Assembly: GCA_963831295.1 (NCBI GenBank)
Contig: CAWHPR010000002.1
Coordinates: 58,118-122,117, forward strand
DNA from: an uncultured Thermoleophilia bacterium
Lineage (GTDB): Bacteria; Actinomycetota; Thermoleophilia; UBA2241
Direction of reading: 5' to 3'
DNA length: 64,000 nucleotides
Shown here: one piece after another, positions 1 through 9,256 of the stretch
Layout: each line of letters begins with the position of its first letter
Numbering within the stretch: the stretch's first letter is position 1
Program-made: the position numbers and the translations under genes
Notes under the pieces: model-generated
Seen by the model: only the letters and a program-made list of their open reading frames with translations
Databases searched by the model: none
What the model was told of the DNA's origin: nothing

Positions 1-395
1 TCGAACGGCCCGAGCTGCAGCCGGCTGCGCTCGTTCACCTCGTTGATGTCGACGCTCTTCAGCAGACCGTGCTCATCGAGCTTCGACTTGGCGATGGCGA
101 GCGTGAGCCGGCTGCCGTACACCGGCACGTTCAGCCGCTTCAGCACGAAGGGGAGGGCGCCCTGGTGGTCTTCGTGGCCGTGCGTGATCAGGAAGGCCAG
201 GACGTCGTCGCGACGCTCGAGAAGATAGGTGATGTCGGGCAGCACGAGATCGATGCCGAGCATCTCGTCGCGCGGGAATTCGAGACCGCAGTCGACGACC
301 ACGATCTTGCCCTCGTACTCGATCGCCGTCATGTTCTTGCCGATCTCACCGACCCCGCCGAGCGGGATGATGCGAATCGATCGTTGGTCGCTCAC
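1..395 (-). CDS. rnj: Ribonuclease J, N-terminal part (metallo-beta-lactamase fold, HGHEDH motif); 3' end lies outside the window. GTG start overlaps the dapA stop (GTGA).
   Basis: Manual minus-strand translation VSDQRSIRIIPLGGVGEIGKNMTAIEYEGKIVVVDCGLEFP...ITHGHEDHQGALPF matches the RNase J N-terminus; RBS GGAGCTCC upstream; dapA-rnj synteny is actinobacterial. Confidence 0.8.
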   Translation of the reverse strand, partial: MSDQRSIRIIPLGGVGEIGKNMTAIEYEGKIVVVDCGLEFPRDEMLGIDLVLPDITYLLERRDDVLAFLITHGHEDHQGALPFVLKRLNVPVYGSRLTLAIAKSKLDEHGLLKSVDINEVNERSRLQLGPF

Positions 396-1270
396 AGGAG
401 CTCCAGTCTTTCGAGTTCGGCGCGCACGACCGCCTGCTCCTCGTCGGTGGCTGTCACGAGTGGCAGGCGCAGCCCGCCGACGTCGATGCCGAGCAGGTTG
501 AGTGCGGCCTTGATTGGGATCGGGTTGGTGGTCGAGAACAGCGCCTTATAGAGCGGCCGCAGGGCGGCGTCGATGGCCTCGGCCTCTTCGAGACGTCCGG
601 CTCGCACGGCGGCCACCATCTCGGCCAGCCGCGGCCCGACCAGGTGGCTGCACACGCAGATGCCTCCCAGCCCGCCTGCGCGCAGAACCTCGAAGAACAT
701 GTCGTCGTTGCCGGCATAGACGCCGATGTCCGACAACTCGCGCAGTCGCGCGAGGTCGTCGCGGTCGGGGTTCGCCTGCTTGACGGCCACGATGTTCTCG
801 ACCTCGCCGAGCACGGCCAGCGCCTCGGCGGAGAGGTTCACCCCGGAGCGGCCCGGGATGTTGTAGATGATGATCGGCAGCTCGCTGGCCGCGGCCACGG
901 TCCTGAAGTGCTCGACGAGGCCGCGCTCCGGCGGCTTGTTGTAGTACGGAGTCACGACCAGAGCGGCGTCGACGCCGCACTCCGTCGCAGCCTGCGTCAG
1001 CGCGATCGTGTGCCGCGTGTCGTAGGTACCCGTGCCGGCGATGACCGGGGCCCGGTCGCCGACCGCCGCGACGACCGTGCGGAACATCGCGAGCTTCTCG
1101 TCGTCGGTGAGGGTCGGGGACTCGCCCGTCGTGCCCGCCACGACGAGACCGTCGCAGCCGTGGTCGACGAGCCACACGGCGAGCTCGGCAAGGCGCTCGT
1201 GGTCGACGACGAGGTCGCGATCGAACGGCGTCACCATCGGCGCGATGACCGTCCCGAAGCTGGTGTCCAT
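392..1270 (-). CDS. dapA: 4-hydroxy-tetrahydrodipicolinate synthase. True start is the ATG at MDTSFGTV with RBS AAGGAAGG; the ORF-track N-terminal extension is spurious.
   Basis: Strong DapA family similarity (TPF..D..V...L..L.....G.DG.V..GTTGE, IIYNIPGRSG). Confidence 0.92.
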   Translation of the reverse strand: MDTSFGTVIAPMVTPFDRDLVVDHERLAELAVWLVDHGCDGLVVAGTTGESPTLTDDEKLAMFRTVVAAVGDRAPVIAGTGTYDTRHTIALTQAATECGVDAALVVTPYYNKPPERGLVEHFRTVAAASELPIIIYNIPGRSGVNLSAEALAVLGEVENIVAVKQANPDRDDLARLRELSDIGVYAGNDDMFFEVLRAGGLGGICVCSHLVGPRLAEMVAAVRAGRLEEAEAIDAALRPLYKALFSTTNPIPIKAALNLLGIDVGGLRLPLVTATDEEQAVVRAELERLELL

Positions 1271-1310
1271 CTCTCCGCCCTTCCTTTCGCCCGGCCTGGT
1301 CACTGCCTGG

Positions 1311-2084
1311 TCACTCACCGAGGAGGTTCTCCAGACCGACGACGGAGTCCTTGAGCGTGGACACCCGCCGCACGGCGAGGAGCACCCCGGGCATGAACGA
1401 GGCACGCGAGTACGAGTCGTGGCGCAGGGTCAGGAGCTCGTTCTCACCACCGACCAGGACCTCCTGGTGGGCGACGAGGCCGGGGAGACGCACGCTGTGC
1501 ACGCGCACGCCCTCGACGTCGAGGCCGCGCGACGGGGCGTCGCCGGGCACTGCCGCGATACGCGAACCCTCGGCCTCGGCCATGAGGCGCGCCGTGCGCA
1601 GCGCAGTGCCCGAAGGGGCATCCTTCTTCCCCTCTTCGTGGAGTTCGATGACCTCGGCGTGCGCGTAGTGGCGCACCGCCTGCTGGGCGAACTGCATGAG
1701 GAGGACGGCGCCGAGCGCGAAGTTGGGCGCGACGAACAGCTTGGCGCCGCTCGCCGCCGCCCGATCGTTCAGGGCGGCGAGCTGCGTCTCGTCGAGGCCG
1801 GTCGCGCCCACCACGGTGTGCACGCCGGCATCGAGGGTCGCGAGACTGTTCTCGTAGACGGAAGCCGGCAGGCTGAATTCGACGGCGACCTCGGGTCGCA
1901 CCGCTGCCAGCGCGGCGTCGACATCGGCGAAGACGGGAGCGTCGACCGGCGCGCACGAGGCCTCGTCTCCCGCGAACTTGGGATCGACGAGGCCCACCAC
2001 GCGCAGGTCGTCTTGCTCCGCCAGCGTACAGGCGGTGAGGGCGCCCATCTTGCCGAGGGCGCCGATGACGAGGACGTCGATCAT
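1311..2084 (-). CDS. dapB: 4-hydroxy-tetrahydrodipicolinate reductase. Start at MIDVLVIGALGKMG with RBS GGGAGGAG.
   Basis: DapB family similarity; dapB-dapA synteny; the ORF-track N-terminal extension is spurious. Confidence 0.9.
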   Translation of the reverse strand: MIDVLVIGALGKMGALTACTLAEQDDLRVVGLVDPKFAGDEASCAPVDAPVFADVDAALAAVRPEVAVEFSLPASVYENSLATLDAGVHTVVGATGLDETQLAALNDRAAASGAKLFVAPNFALGAVLLMQFAQQAVRHYAHAEVIELHEEGKKDAPSGTALRTARLMAEAEGSRIAAVPGDAPSRGLDVEGVRVHSVRLPGLVAHQEVLVGGENELLTLRHDSYSRASFMPGVLLAVRRVSTLKDSVVGLENLLGE

Positions 2085-3274
2085 CGCTCCTCCCAGGTGA
2101 AATCGTCGGTCAGGCCGCGGAACGGCGCCGCGTCGGGGCCGATGCACACCGCCGACCACTTCTCCGGGTCATAGTACCGTCGCACCGCCGTCAGCACATC
2201 GTCGCGCGTGACGGCGTCGATCTGCGCCACGATCTCGTCGAGCGACAGCACGGGGAGCTCCAGCAGTACGGACCTGCCCAGCGACTGCATGCGGCTGGTG
2301 ACGCTCTCGTGACTGAGCGCGACATGGCCCTTGAGGTGATTGCGCGCTCGGGCGACGGCCTCTTCGGTGACGTCGCCGGCGAGGCCGGACAGCACGTCGA
2401 GGGTGACGGTCAAGGCCTCGGTCACCGCCTCGTCGCGCGAGCCGACGTAGATGGCGGTGAGGCCGGCGTCCGCATACAGCGAGGTGTACGAATACACCGA
2501 GTACGCGAGGCCGCGACGCTCGCGCACCTCCTGGAAGAGGCGCGAGCTCCACGACCCCCCGAGGATCGTGTCGGCCACGAACACGGCCCAGCGGTCCGGG
2601 TCGGCGCGCCGCGGCCCCGGACCGCCCAGACAGATGTGGTACTGCTCGGTGTCCTTCTCGCTGAAGCAGGCCACGTGACGCACGTCCGGCGAGCTGAGCG
2701 CGGCCCGCGGCATCTCGACCCCGGGCTCGGGGCGGAAGTGCCGCTCGGCCAGCGCGCACAGCCTGGCGTGGTCGACGTGGCCGCCCGCCGCGATCACGAT
2801 CCCGGCGTTCACGTAGTGAGCGTCGTGATAGGCGCGCACGACCCCATCGTCGAGCCCTGCGAGCGTCGCCGTGTGTCCGATGATGGGGCGGCCCAGCGGG
2901 TGATCCCCGAACACGGCCACGGCGAGATCGTCGTGCACCAGTTCAGGCGGCGAGTCCTCGTACATCGCGACCTCTTCGAGCACCACCTCGCGCTCGTGAT
3001 CGAGGTCGGCGAACGAGGGCCGCGCCACCATCTCGGCGAGCACCTCGAAGGCCTCGTCGAGATCGTCGTCGAGGCAGCGCACGTGGACCAGCGTGTGCTC
3101 CTTCGAGGTCGCCGCGTTCGGCTCGGCGCCCATGTCGTCGAAGACGTGGGCGATGTCCCGCGCCGAGAAGCGTGCCGAGCCCTTGAACACGAGGTGCTCG
3201 ATGAAGTGCGAAACGCCGCCGAGCTCCGGCGGTTCAAGCCGGGCGCCGGCGGCGATCCACATGCCGAGGGCCAC
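2081..3274 (-). CDS. M16 family zinc metallopeptidase (PepR-like). Coordinates run from the first canonical start (GTG), but the conserved N-terminus continues upstream to a CTG at 3362..3364.
   Basis: HxxEH-type motif (SHFIEHLVFKGS); dapB-pepR-pnp synteny matches Mycobacterium; the upstream in-frame codons encode ...TPHYELSLLSNGLRVASERVDGVRS, which matches the family's first beta-strand. Confidence 0.85.
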   Translation of the reverse strand: MALGMWIAAGARLEPPELGGVSHFIEHLVFKGSARFSARDIAHVFDDMGAEPNAATSKEHTLVHVRCLDDDLDEAFEVLAEMVARPSFADLDHEREVVLEEVAMYEDSPPELVHDDLAVAVFGDHPLGRPIIGHTATLAGLDDGVVRAYHDAHYVNAGIVIAAGGHVDHARLCALAERHFRPEPGVEMPRAALSSPDVRHVACFSEKDTEQYHICLGGPGPRRADPDRWAVFVADTILGGSWSSRLFQEVRERRGLAYSVYSYTSLYADAGLTAIYVGSRDEAVTEALTVTLDVLSGLAGDVTEEAVARARNHLKGHVALSHESVTSRMQSLGRSVLLELPVLSLDEIVAQIDAVTRDDVLTAVRRYYDPEKWSAVCIGPDAAPFRGLTDDFTWEER

Positions 3275-3368
3275 CGAGCGAACGCCGTCGACGCGTTCGC
3301 TCGCGACCCGCAGGCCGTTGGAGAGCAGGGAGAGCTCGTAGTGCGGCGTGACGACCTCCGTCAGCCGG

Positions 3369-5483
3369 CTACGCGTCCTGCTGTTCGGGCGTCTCGACAG
3401 GTCGCAGGCCGATGCGGTTGCGCGCCTTGTCGATCTCGACGACCTCGACCGTGATGATGTCGCCCCTCTTCACGACGTCCTCGACCTTGTCGACGCGTTT
3501 CTTGCTGAGACGCGAGATATGGATGAGGCCGTCGGTGCCCTTCTTGAGCTCGACGAAGGCGCCGAAATCGGTGGTCTTCACGACCTTGCCGGTGAAGACG
3601 TCACCGACCTCGACCTCCTTGGTCATGGCGGTGATGCGGCCGATGACGGCGTCGGCGGACTCCATGTCGGCGGCGCAGATGAAGATCGTGCCGTCGTCCT
3701 GGATGTCGATATCGACGCCGAACTCGTCGGTCATGCCGCGGATCGTCTCGCCGCCCTTGCCGATCACGAGACCGATCTGGTCGGGGTTGATCTGGATGCT
3801 GAAGATACGCGGCGCGTACGGCGAGAGCTCGGCGCGCGGCTCCGCCAGGGTCTCGAGCATGCGCCCGAGGATGAAGAGTCGCGCCTGCCGCGCCTGCTCG
3901 AGCGCGCCGCGAAGGATCTCGAACGTCACTCCGGTGATCTTGATGTCCATCTGCAGGCCGGTGATGCCCTCGGCGGTGCCGGCCACCTTGAAGTCCATGT
4001 CGCCGAGATGGTCTTCGACGCCGGCGATGTCGGTCAGCACCACGTAGTCGTCACCCTCCATGATGAGTCCCATGGCGATGCCGGCCACGGGGGCCTTGAT
4101 CGGCACGCCTGCGTCCATAAGGGAGAGCGTCGAGCCGCAAACCGCTGCCATCGAGGAGGAGCCGTTGCTCTCGAGGATCTCGGACACGAGTCGGATCGTG
4201 TAGGGGAAGTCGATCTCATCGGGCAGGACCGGCAGGAGCGCGCGCTCGCCGAGCGCGCCGTGACCGATGTCGCGGCGCTTCGGCCCGCGCATGAAGCCGG
4301 TCTCCCTCACCGAGTACGGCGGGAAGTTGTAGTGGTGCATGTAACGCTTCTTCTGGACGACCGAGAGGTCGTCGATACGCTGGAACTCGCCGGTCCCGCC
4401 GAGGGTGGTGAGCGTGAGGGCCTGGGTCTGGCCGCGCGTGAAGAGCGCGCTGCCGTGCGTGCGCGGCACGAGGCCGACCTCGCTGCTGATGTCGCGGATC
4501 TCGTCGGTCTTGCGACCGTCGGGCCGCCGCTTCTCGCCGGCGATGCGCCGACGGATGATGTCCTTCTCGAGCTTGGCGACGGCGCGCCGTACCTGAAGCA
4601 CTCGCTCCGGGTCGGGGTCGTCCCCGCCGGCGAGCTGCGCGAGCGCACGCTCGCGGACCTCGTGCGAGGCGGCCTGGCGGGCCTGCTTCTCGACGACCTG
4701 CGTGGCCTGATCCATATCGGCGCCGAAGGCCGCCTTCACCTCGGCGAACACGCCGGGATCGACGGTGAGCTCGGCGACCTCCCACTTGGGGACGCCGACC
4801 ATCTCGCGCAGCTTGAGCTGCACGTCGACGAGCTTCTTGATCTCGGTGTGCGCCAGCTCGAGGGCCTCGAGGATCACGTCCTCGCCGACCTCCTTGGCGC
4901 CGGCCTCGACCATCACGATCGCGTCGGCGGTGCCGGTCACGACCAGGTCGAGGATGGATTCGTCCTGGATCTCGGTCAGCGTCGGGTTGATGACCAGATG
5001 GCCGTCAATGGAGCCAACACGCACCGACCCCACCGGACCACCGAAGGGGATCTGGGAGATCGTCAGCGCCGCGGAGGCGCCGATGCTGGCCAGCACGTCG
5101 TAGGCGTTCTCACGGTCACTCGAGAGCACCGTCGCGACGACGTGCACCTCGTTCATGAAGCCCTTCGGGAAGAGCGGCCGGATCGGTCGGTCGATCGCGC
5201 GACACGCCAGGACCGCCCTCTCGCTCGGCCGCGACTCGCGCTTGATGAAACCGCCGGGGATCTTGCCGGCGGCGTAGTGCCGCTCTTCGATATCGACGGT
5301 GAGCGGGAAGAAGTCCTGCCCTTCACGCGCCTCGTCGCGGGCCACCGCGGTCACGAGGACCAGGGTGTCGCCGGAGCGCACGAGCACGGCGCCGTCTGCC
5401 TGCTTGGCCATACGTCCCGTTTCCAACGAGATCGTGTTGCCGCCTATTTCTACCTCTACTCTATTCATCTCTTCCTTCGTCAT
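3369..5483 (-). CDS. pnp: Polyribonucleotide nucleotidyltransferase (PNPase).
   Basis: Full-length PNPase: two RNase PH domains, KH domain (GLVIGKGGETIRG), S1 domain; rpsO-pnp synteny. Confidence 0.97.
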   Translation of the reverse strand: MTKEEMNRVEVEIGGNTISLETGRMAKQADGAVLVRSGDTLVLVTAVARDEAREGQDFFPLTVDIEERHYAAGKIPGGFIKRESRPSERAVLACRAIDRPIRPLFPKGFMNEVHVVATVLSSDRENAYDVLASIGASAALTISQIPFGGPVGSVRVGSIDGHLVINPTLTEIQDESILDLVVTGTADAIVMVEAGAKEVGEDVILEALELAHTEIKKLVDVQLKLREMVGVPKWEVAELTVDPGVFAEVKAAFGADMDQATQVVEKQARQAASHEVRERALAQLAGGDDPDPERVLQVRRAVAKLEKDIIRRRIAGEKRRPDGRKTDEIRDISSEVGLVPRTHGSALFTRGQTQALTLTTLGGTGEFQRIDDLSVVQKKRYMHHYNFPPYSVRETGFMRGPKRRDIGHGALGERALLPVLPDEIDFPYTIRLVSEILESNGSSSMAAVCGSTLSLMDAGVPIKAPVAGIAMGLIMEGDDYVVLTDIAGVEDHLGDMDFKVAGTAEGITGLQMDIKITGVTFEILRGALEQARQARLFILGRMLETLAEPRAELSPYAPRIFSIQINPDQIGLVIGKGGETIRGMTDEFGVDIDIQDDGTIFICAADMESADAVIGRITAMTKEVEVGDVFTGKVVKTTDFGAFVELKKGTDGLIHISRLSKKRVDKVEDVVKRGDIITVEVVEIDKARNRIGLRPVETPEQQDA

Positions 5484-5561
5484 CCTCTCCTCCCCGCCAC
5501 GGCCGCAGCGTCGATCATCCCAGAGTGGGGCGCGCTGACTTGACGGGGGCGGCTCGGCTCG

Positions 5562-5843
5562 CTACTTGCGGAGCTCGAGCACCTTGACGAGCGCACGGTA
5601 GCGCTCGAGGTCACGCGCCTGCAGGTAGTTCAGCAACCTGCGGCGCCGTCCGACCATCTTCAGCAGGCCGCGACGCGAGTGATGGTCCTTCTTGTGGATC
5701 TTGAGGTGTTCGGTGAGCTCGTCGATGCGCCTGGTCAGCAGCGCGATCTGCACCTCGGGGGACCCGGTGTCGCCGTCGTGCTTGGCGTGCTTGATGATGA
5801 TCGTGTGTTTGTCGTCAGTCGTGAGTGCCAGAGGAACACACCT
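5562..5843 (-). CDS. rpsO: 30S ribosomal protein S15. The ORF-track start (GTG at 5753) is internal. The conserved N-terminus [26 protein letters not shown] is encoded upstream in frame, with only a CTG at 5841..5843 available as initiator (RBS GGGAGG 9 nt upstream).
   Basis: Near-identity to bacterial S15 along the whole length, including residues upstream of the first GTG. Confidence 0.9.
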   Translation of the reverse strand, partial: RCVPLALTTDDKHTIIIKHAKHDGDTGSPEVQIALLTRRIDELTEHLKIHKKDHHSRRGLLKMVGRRRRLLNYLQARDLERYRALVKVLELRK

Positions 5844-5986
5844 CCCTCGGAGGGTAGTCCGGAAACCCAGTCGCAGGTCGGCGGCCTGCGACCGAGAAGC
5901 GGTCCGCGGTAGGGTACCACAGGCTCAGAGGTCGGCAAACCCGAGCGGATGCGACCGGGAGCGCGCCCGCAGGGGCGAGTTCGTGC
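5844..5986 (-). promoter_or_regulatory. rpsO leader. Weak promoter (TTGCCG-16-TACCCT), then an 8-bp hairpin GTCGCAGG/CCTGCGAC, then a small hairpin pairing CCCUCC with the GGGAGG Shine-Dalgarno. Candidate S15 autoregulatory structure; may also act as the ribF terminator.
   Basis: Inverted repeats read directly; position between ribF stop and rpsO start. Confidence 0.4.
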
Positions 5987-6955
5987 CTAGCGCCGCGGCC
6001 CGAGGCCCGCCTCGTCAAAGGCCGGGTCCTCGAGCGTCGACGCCGCGGCGACGTCGAGCCCCATCTGCTCGACGAGCTCGTCCACCGAACCGAAGCGCTC
6101 CTCGCGCCGCAGCCGGCGCAGGAAGTCGATGTGCAGCTCCGTGTGATAGAGGTCGCCCTCGAAGCCGAGGAGATGCGCCTCGATCGAGACGCGCGCCGTG
6201 TCGGCGTCGGCGCTGGCGAAGGTGGGGTTGCGGCCGACGTTGACCGCCGCCCTGTACCAGCGGTCGCCCACTCGCGCCCGGGCCGCGTAAACACCGAGCC
6301 CCGGGAAGATGGTGCCGGCCTCGACCTCGACGTTCGCCGTCGGGAAGCCCAAGGTACGCCCGCGGCGCACACCCGCCACCACCTGCCCCGTCGCGGACGG
6401 TGGCCGCCCGAGGATCTCGCGCACCTCCTCGAGATCGCCCTGACGCAGAAGGCGCCGGATACGTGTCGAGCTGATCGTGCGCCCACGTTCGGTCACGAGG
6501 TCGACGACCACGGTCTCGTAGCCGTGCTCCTCACCGCAGCGTCGCAACGCCGCGGCGTCGCCCGCGCCGCCGAGACCGAAGCTGAAGTTCTCGCCCACGA
6601 CCACGACCCGTGCCTTCAAGGCGCCCGCCAGCAGCGCGCCGCAGAACGCCTCTGGCGACATCATCGCCATGGCGCTGTCAAAGGGCAGGACCGCAAGTTC
6701 GTCTGGGTCGAGCTCCGCGATCAGGCGCTGCTTCTCCGCCAGCGAGGTGAGCAGGCGCGGCTGGCGCGAGGGATCGATCACGGCAAGCGGGTGACGGTCG
6801 AAGGTCACGACCGTCGAGCGCAGCCCACGCTCCGAGGCCTCGCGCAGCGCCGTGCCGATGACGCGCCGGTGACCGATGTGGACGCCGTCGAAGGTACCGA
6901 GGGCCAACGCCCTCGGCGCCGGCTCAGCGTCCTTCGGATCGGTCACCAGCAGCAT
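5987..6955 (-). CDS. ribF: Bifunctional riboflavin kinase / FMN adenylyltransferase.
   Basis: RibF family similarity (GTFDGVHIGH, riboflavin-kinase C-terminal domain); ATGA overlap with the truB stop. Confidence 0.93.
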   Translation of the reverse strand: MLLVTDPKDAEPAPRALALGTFDGVHIGHRRVIGTALREASERGLRSTVVTFDRHPLAVIDPSRQPRLLTSLAEKQRLIAELDPDELAVLPFDSAMAMMSPEAFCGALLAGALKARVVVVGENFSFGLGGAGDAAALRRCGEEHGYETVVVDLVTERGRTISSTRIRRLLRQGDLEEVREILGRPPSATGQVVAGVRRGRTLGFPTANVEVEAGTIFPGLGVYAARARVGDRWYRAAVNVGRNPTFASADADTARVSIEAHLLGFEGDLYHTELHIDFLRRLRREERFGSVDELVEQMGLDVAAASTLEDPAFDEAGLGPRR

Positions 6956-7866
6956 CAGAGTCTGACGAGCAGACGCAGCCCGGGGCCGTCCTCGACCGGG
7001 CCGTAGAGGGCGATGAGCTCGCCCCGGTACACGACGCGGACCGGCCCCTCTGCAGCACCCGACAGACGGGCCCCGTTGCGCACCATGAGGACCTGCGCGG
7101 CCGAAAGCTCGACGGCGGGCATGAACTGGAGCGCCACGGCGGGCGGCACGAGCCCCGGAATGTGGAGATCGCCGGGCGCACGCTCGGCGGCCGCGGCCTC
7201 GAAGGCGGCGAGCGACTGGCCGTCGTCAAGCCGCAAGTCACCGGTAGCGGCGCGCGCCAGCTCGTCGAGGTGCGCGCCGGCGCCGACAGCCTCACCGATG
7301 TCTGTGGCGAGCTGCCGCACGTACGTCCCCTTCGAGCAGGCGATGCGGCAGCGCATCAGCTGCCGCTCCTCGTCGAAGTCGAGCACGTCGATGGAGACGA
7401 TCTCGACCTCCTTGACGGGGGTCTCGACGACCTCGCCGCGATGGGCCTTCTTGTAGAGGCGCTCGCCGTCGACCTTGACCGCCGACGTCATCGGCACCTG
7501 TTGGCTGATCCGCCCAACGAAGCGCGGCAGCACGGCCTCGACCTGGGCAGCAGTCACGCGCAGGCCACTCTCGGTGAGCGTGCCGGTGCGGTCGCCCGTG
7601 TCGGAGCGGACGCCGAAGCGCACGACACACTCATACTCCTTCGGCAGGTCGACGAAGAAGCGCGCGAGCTTCGTGGCGCGGCCGACGAGCACCACCAGCA
7701 AGCCCGTCGCGAACGGGTCGAGCGTACCGGCGTGGCCTACCTTGCCCACCGCCGGCCGGAGAGCGCGACGAACGTGCGCGACCACGTCATGAGAGGTCAG
7801 CCCATCGGGCTTGTCGATCAGGAGGAGACCGTCTTCAGGCACCTTTCGAGTTCTGAACTGAGCCAT
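6955..7866 (-). CDS. truB: tRNA pseudouridine(55) synthase. Start at MAQFRTRKVPEDGLLLIDKPDGLTSHDVV with RBS GAGGAGG; the 180-aa ORF-track extension is spurious.
   Basis: TruB motifs (LLLIDKP.G.TSHD, GHAGTLDP). Confidence 0.92.
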   Translation of the reverse strand: MAQFRTRKVPEDGLLLIDKPDGLTSHDVVAHVRRALRPAVGKVGHAGTLDPFATGLLVVLVGRATKLARFFVDLPKEYECVVRFGVRSDTGDRTGTLTESGLRVTAAQVEAVLPRFVGRISQQVPMTSAVKVDGERLYKKAHRGEVVETPVKEVEIVSIDVLDFDEERQLMRCRIACSKGTYVRQLATDIGEAVGAGAHLDELARAATGDLRLDDGQSLAAFEAAAAERAPGDLHIPGLVPPAVALQFMPAVELSAAQVLMVRNGARLSGAAEGPVRVVYRGELIALYGPVEDGPGLRLLVRL

Positions 7867-8795
7867 GTGGTCACCTCCTCGGGCGATTCGTCGGCCGAGA
7901 AGCCGGCCGCTTGTCGATGTCCGCCCCCGCCGCGGGCGGCCGCGATGGCGCTCACATCGAGGCCGCTCGAGCGCAGGCTGACACGCACCCGGCGTCCGGA
8001 CGACTGCTCCTTGACGAGCGCGCTGGCGACCACGCCGTCGACGGCGCGCAGGCTCTCGACCACCCCTTCCGTGTCGTCCTCGGCGGCGCCGGCGGCGGCG
8101 ATATCGGCCAGCGACAGGACCGCGACGAGCGCGCGCCCGTCGGCGACCGCGCGCGCGCTCGCGACCGCGCGCGCCCAGAGGCGCAGACCGCTCAGGGCGC
8201 GTCGTTCGTAGAGCGCCGCGTAGATCGCCGTCGGATCGGCGCCCAGACGCACCAGCCAAGCGACGGTCTCGAACGTGTGGGCGCTGGTCGTGCCGTGTCT
8301 GAAGTGGCCGGAGTCGAAGGAGATCCCCGCGTACAGCGCCGACGCGGCCGTGGAGCCGGGGCTGAGGTCGAGCGCACGTGCGAGATCGCAGACGATCTCG
8401 CACGTGCTGCTGGCGTCGGGACGGAGCAGCGTGAGGTCACCGAACCGCGTGTTGTCGTGATGGTGGTCGATGTTCACGATGGGACCGTCCCAGCGGTCGA
8501 CGCCGAGCGCGAGCCGCGCCACGGCGCCGCTGTCGAGTGCGTACAGCGGCGTGCCAGGGGACGGGAGCGCCCGCTCGACTCTCACGTCGGCAAGCAAGAG
8601 CTCGGCGGATACGAACTCGCCCTCGCCGAGGACGTGCAGCGTGGGCTCGGCGCCGAGCTGTCGAAAGAGGTCGCTCATGCCGGCGGCCGCACCCAGGGCG
8701 TCAGGGTCCGGCCTCTCGTGCACGGCGAGGGCGACGCGGCGCTCGTCGCGCATTCGGCGCGCGACGAGAGCGAGATCGCTCGGTAGCGCCTTCAT
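7818..8795 (-). CDS. nrnA: DHH/DHHA1 phosphoesterase, NrnA/CnpB-like oligoribonuclease / pAp phosphatase.
   Basis: DHH and DHHA1 motifs (NIDHHHDN, GGGGH); rbfA-nrnA-truB synteny as in mycobacteria; 49-nt overlap with the truB start. Confidence 0.85.
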   Translation of the reverse strand: MKALPSDLALVARRMRDERRVALAVHERPDPDALGAAAGMSDLFRQLGAEPTLHVLGEGEFVSAELLLADVRVERALPSPGTPLYALDSGAVARLALGVDRWDGPIVNIDHHHDNTRFGDLTLLRPDASSTCEIVCDLARALDLSPGSTAASALYAGISFDSGHFRHGTTSAHTFETVAWLVRLGADPTAIYAALYERRALSGLRLWARAVASARAVADGRALVAVLSLADIAAAGAAEDDTEGVVESLRAVDGVVASALVKEQSSGRRVRVSLRSSGLDVSAIAAARGGGGHRQAAGFSADESPEEVTTWLSSELERCLKTVSS

Positions 8796-9256
8796 GGGGC
8801 CGACTCCTCGCCGTCGCTGTCCGCCGCGGCGAGCTCGCCGCCGTCAGTGGAACGCTTGCCCTCGCTGTCGGGCGTGTCGGCCTCGTCATCCTGGGCAAGG
8901 GCGCTTCGCGCCTCGAGCTCGGCTTGCTCGCGGCGGATGAGGCGCTCCATGTGCTGGGCGTGCGCGGGAGTCGGGTCGTACACGAACGTGATCTGCGGAG
9001 TACGCTTCATGCGCAGTCCGGCGGTGATGGACGCCTGCAGCAGACCGCAGGCCTGCTGCAGCACCCCGAGCGTCGCCTCGCGCTCCTTCGGCGTGCCGAG
9101 TACGCTGACGAAGACCTTGGCGTGACGCAGGTCGGACGTTGTCTCGACCCCCGTCACGGTGACGAAGCCGACGCGGGGGTCCTTGATCCGCCCGGCGATC
9201 GCCACCGAGACCGATTCTTTGATGCGCTCGTTGACTCTCAGGAGTCGATGTCCCAC
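8792..9256 (-). CDS. rbfA: Ribosome-binding factor A (GTG start), with an acidic C-terminal tail.
   Basis: RbfA family similarity; infB-rbfA synteny. Confidence 0.9.
   Translation of the reverse strand: MGHRLLRVNERIKESVSVAIAGRIKDPRVGFVTVTGVETTSDLRHAKVFVSVLGTPKEREATLGVLQQACGLLQASITAGLRMKRTPQITFVYDPTPAHAQHMERLIRREQAELEARSALAQDDEADTPDSEGKRSTDGGELAAADSDGEESAP

Noticed and set aside
43-1354. Several plus-strand ORFs (43..228, 69..551, 229..501, 514..783, 644..1354) antisense to rnj/dapA.
   Set aside because: They lie opposite strongly conserved genes, are Arg/Ala/Pro-rich with no family similarity and have no RBS. This is the typical open antisense frame of 72% GC DNA.
3348-5543. 731-aa plus-strand ORF spanning the whole pnp locus, and a 797-aa ORF (9404..11797) opposite infB.
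   Set aside because: Long stop-free antisense frames are expected at this GC content. The compositions are low-complexity D/G/R/L-rich, and the opposite strand encodes textbook PNPase / IF-2.
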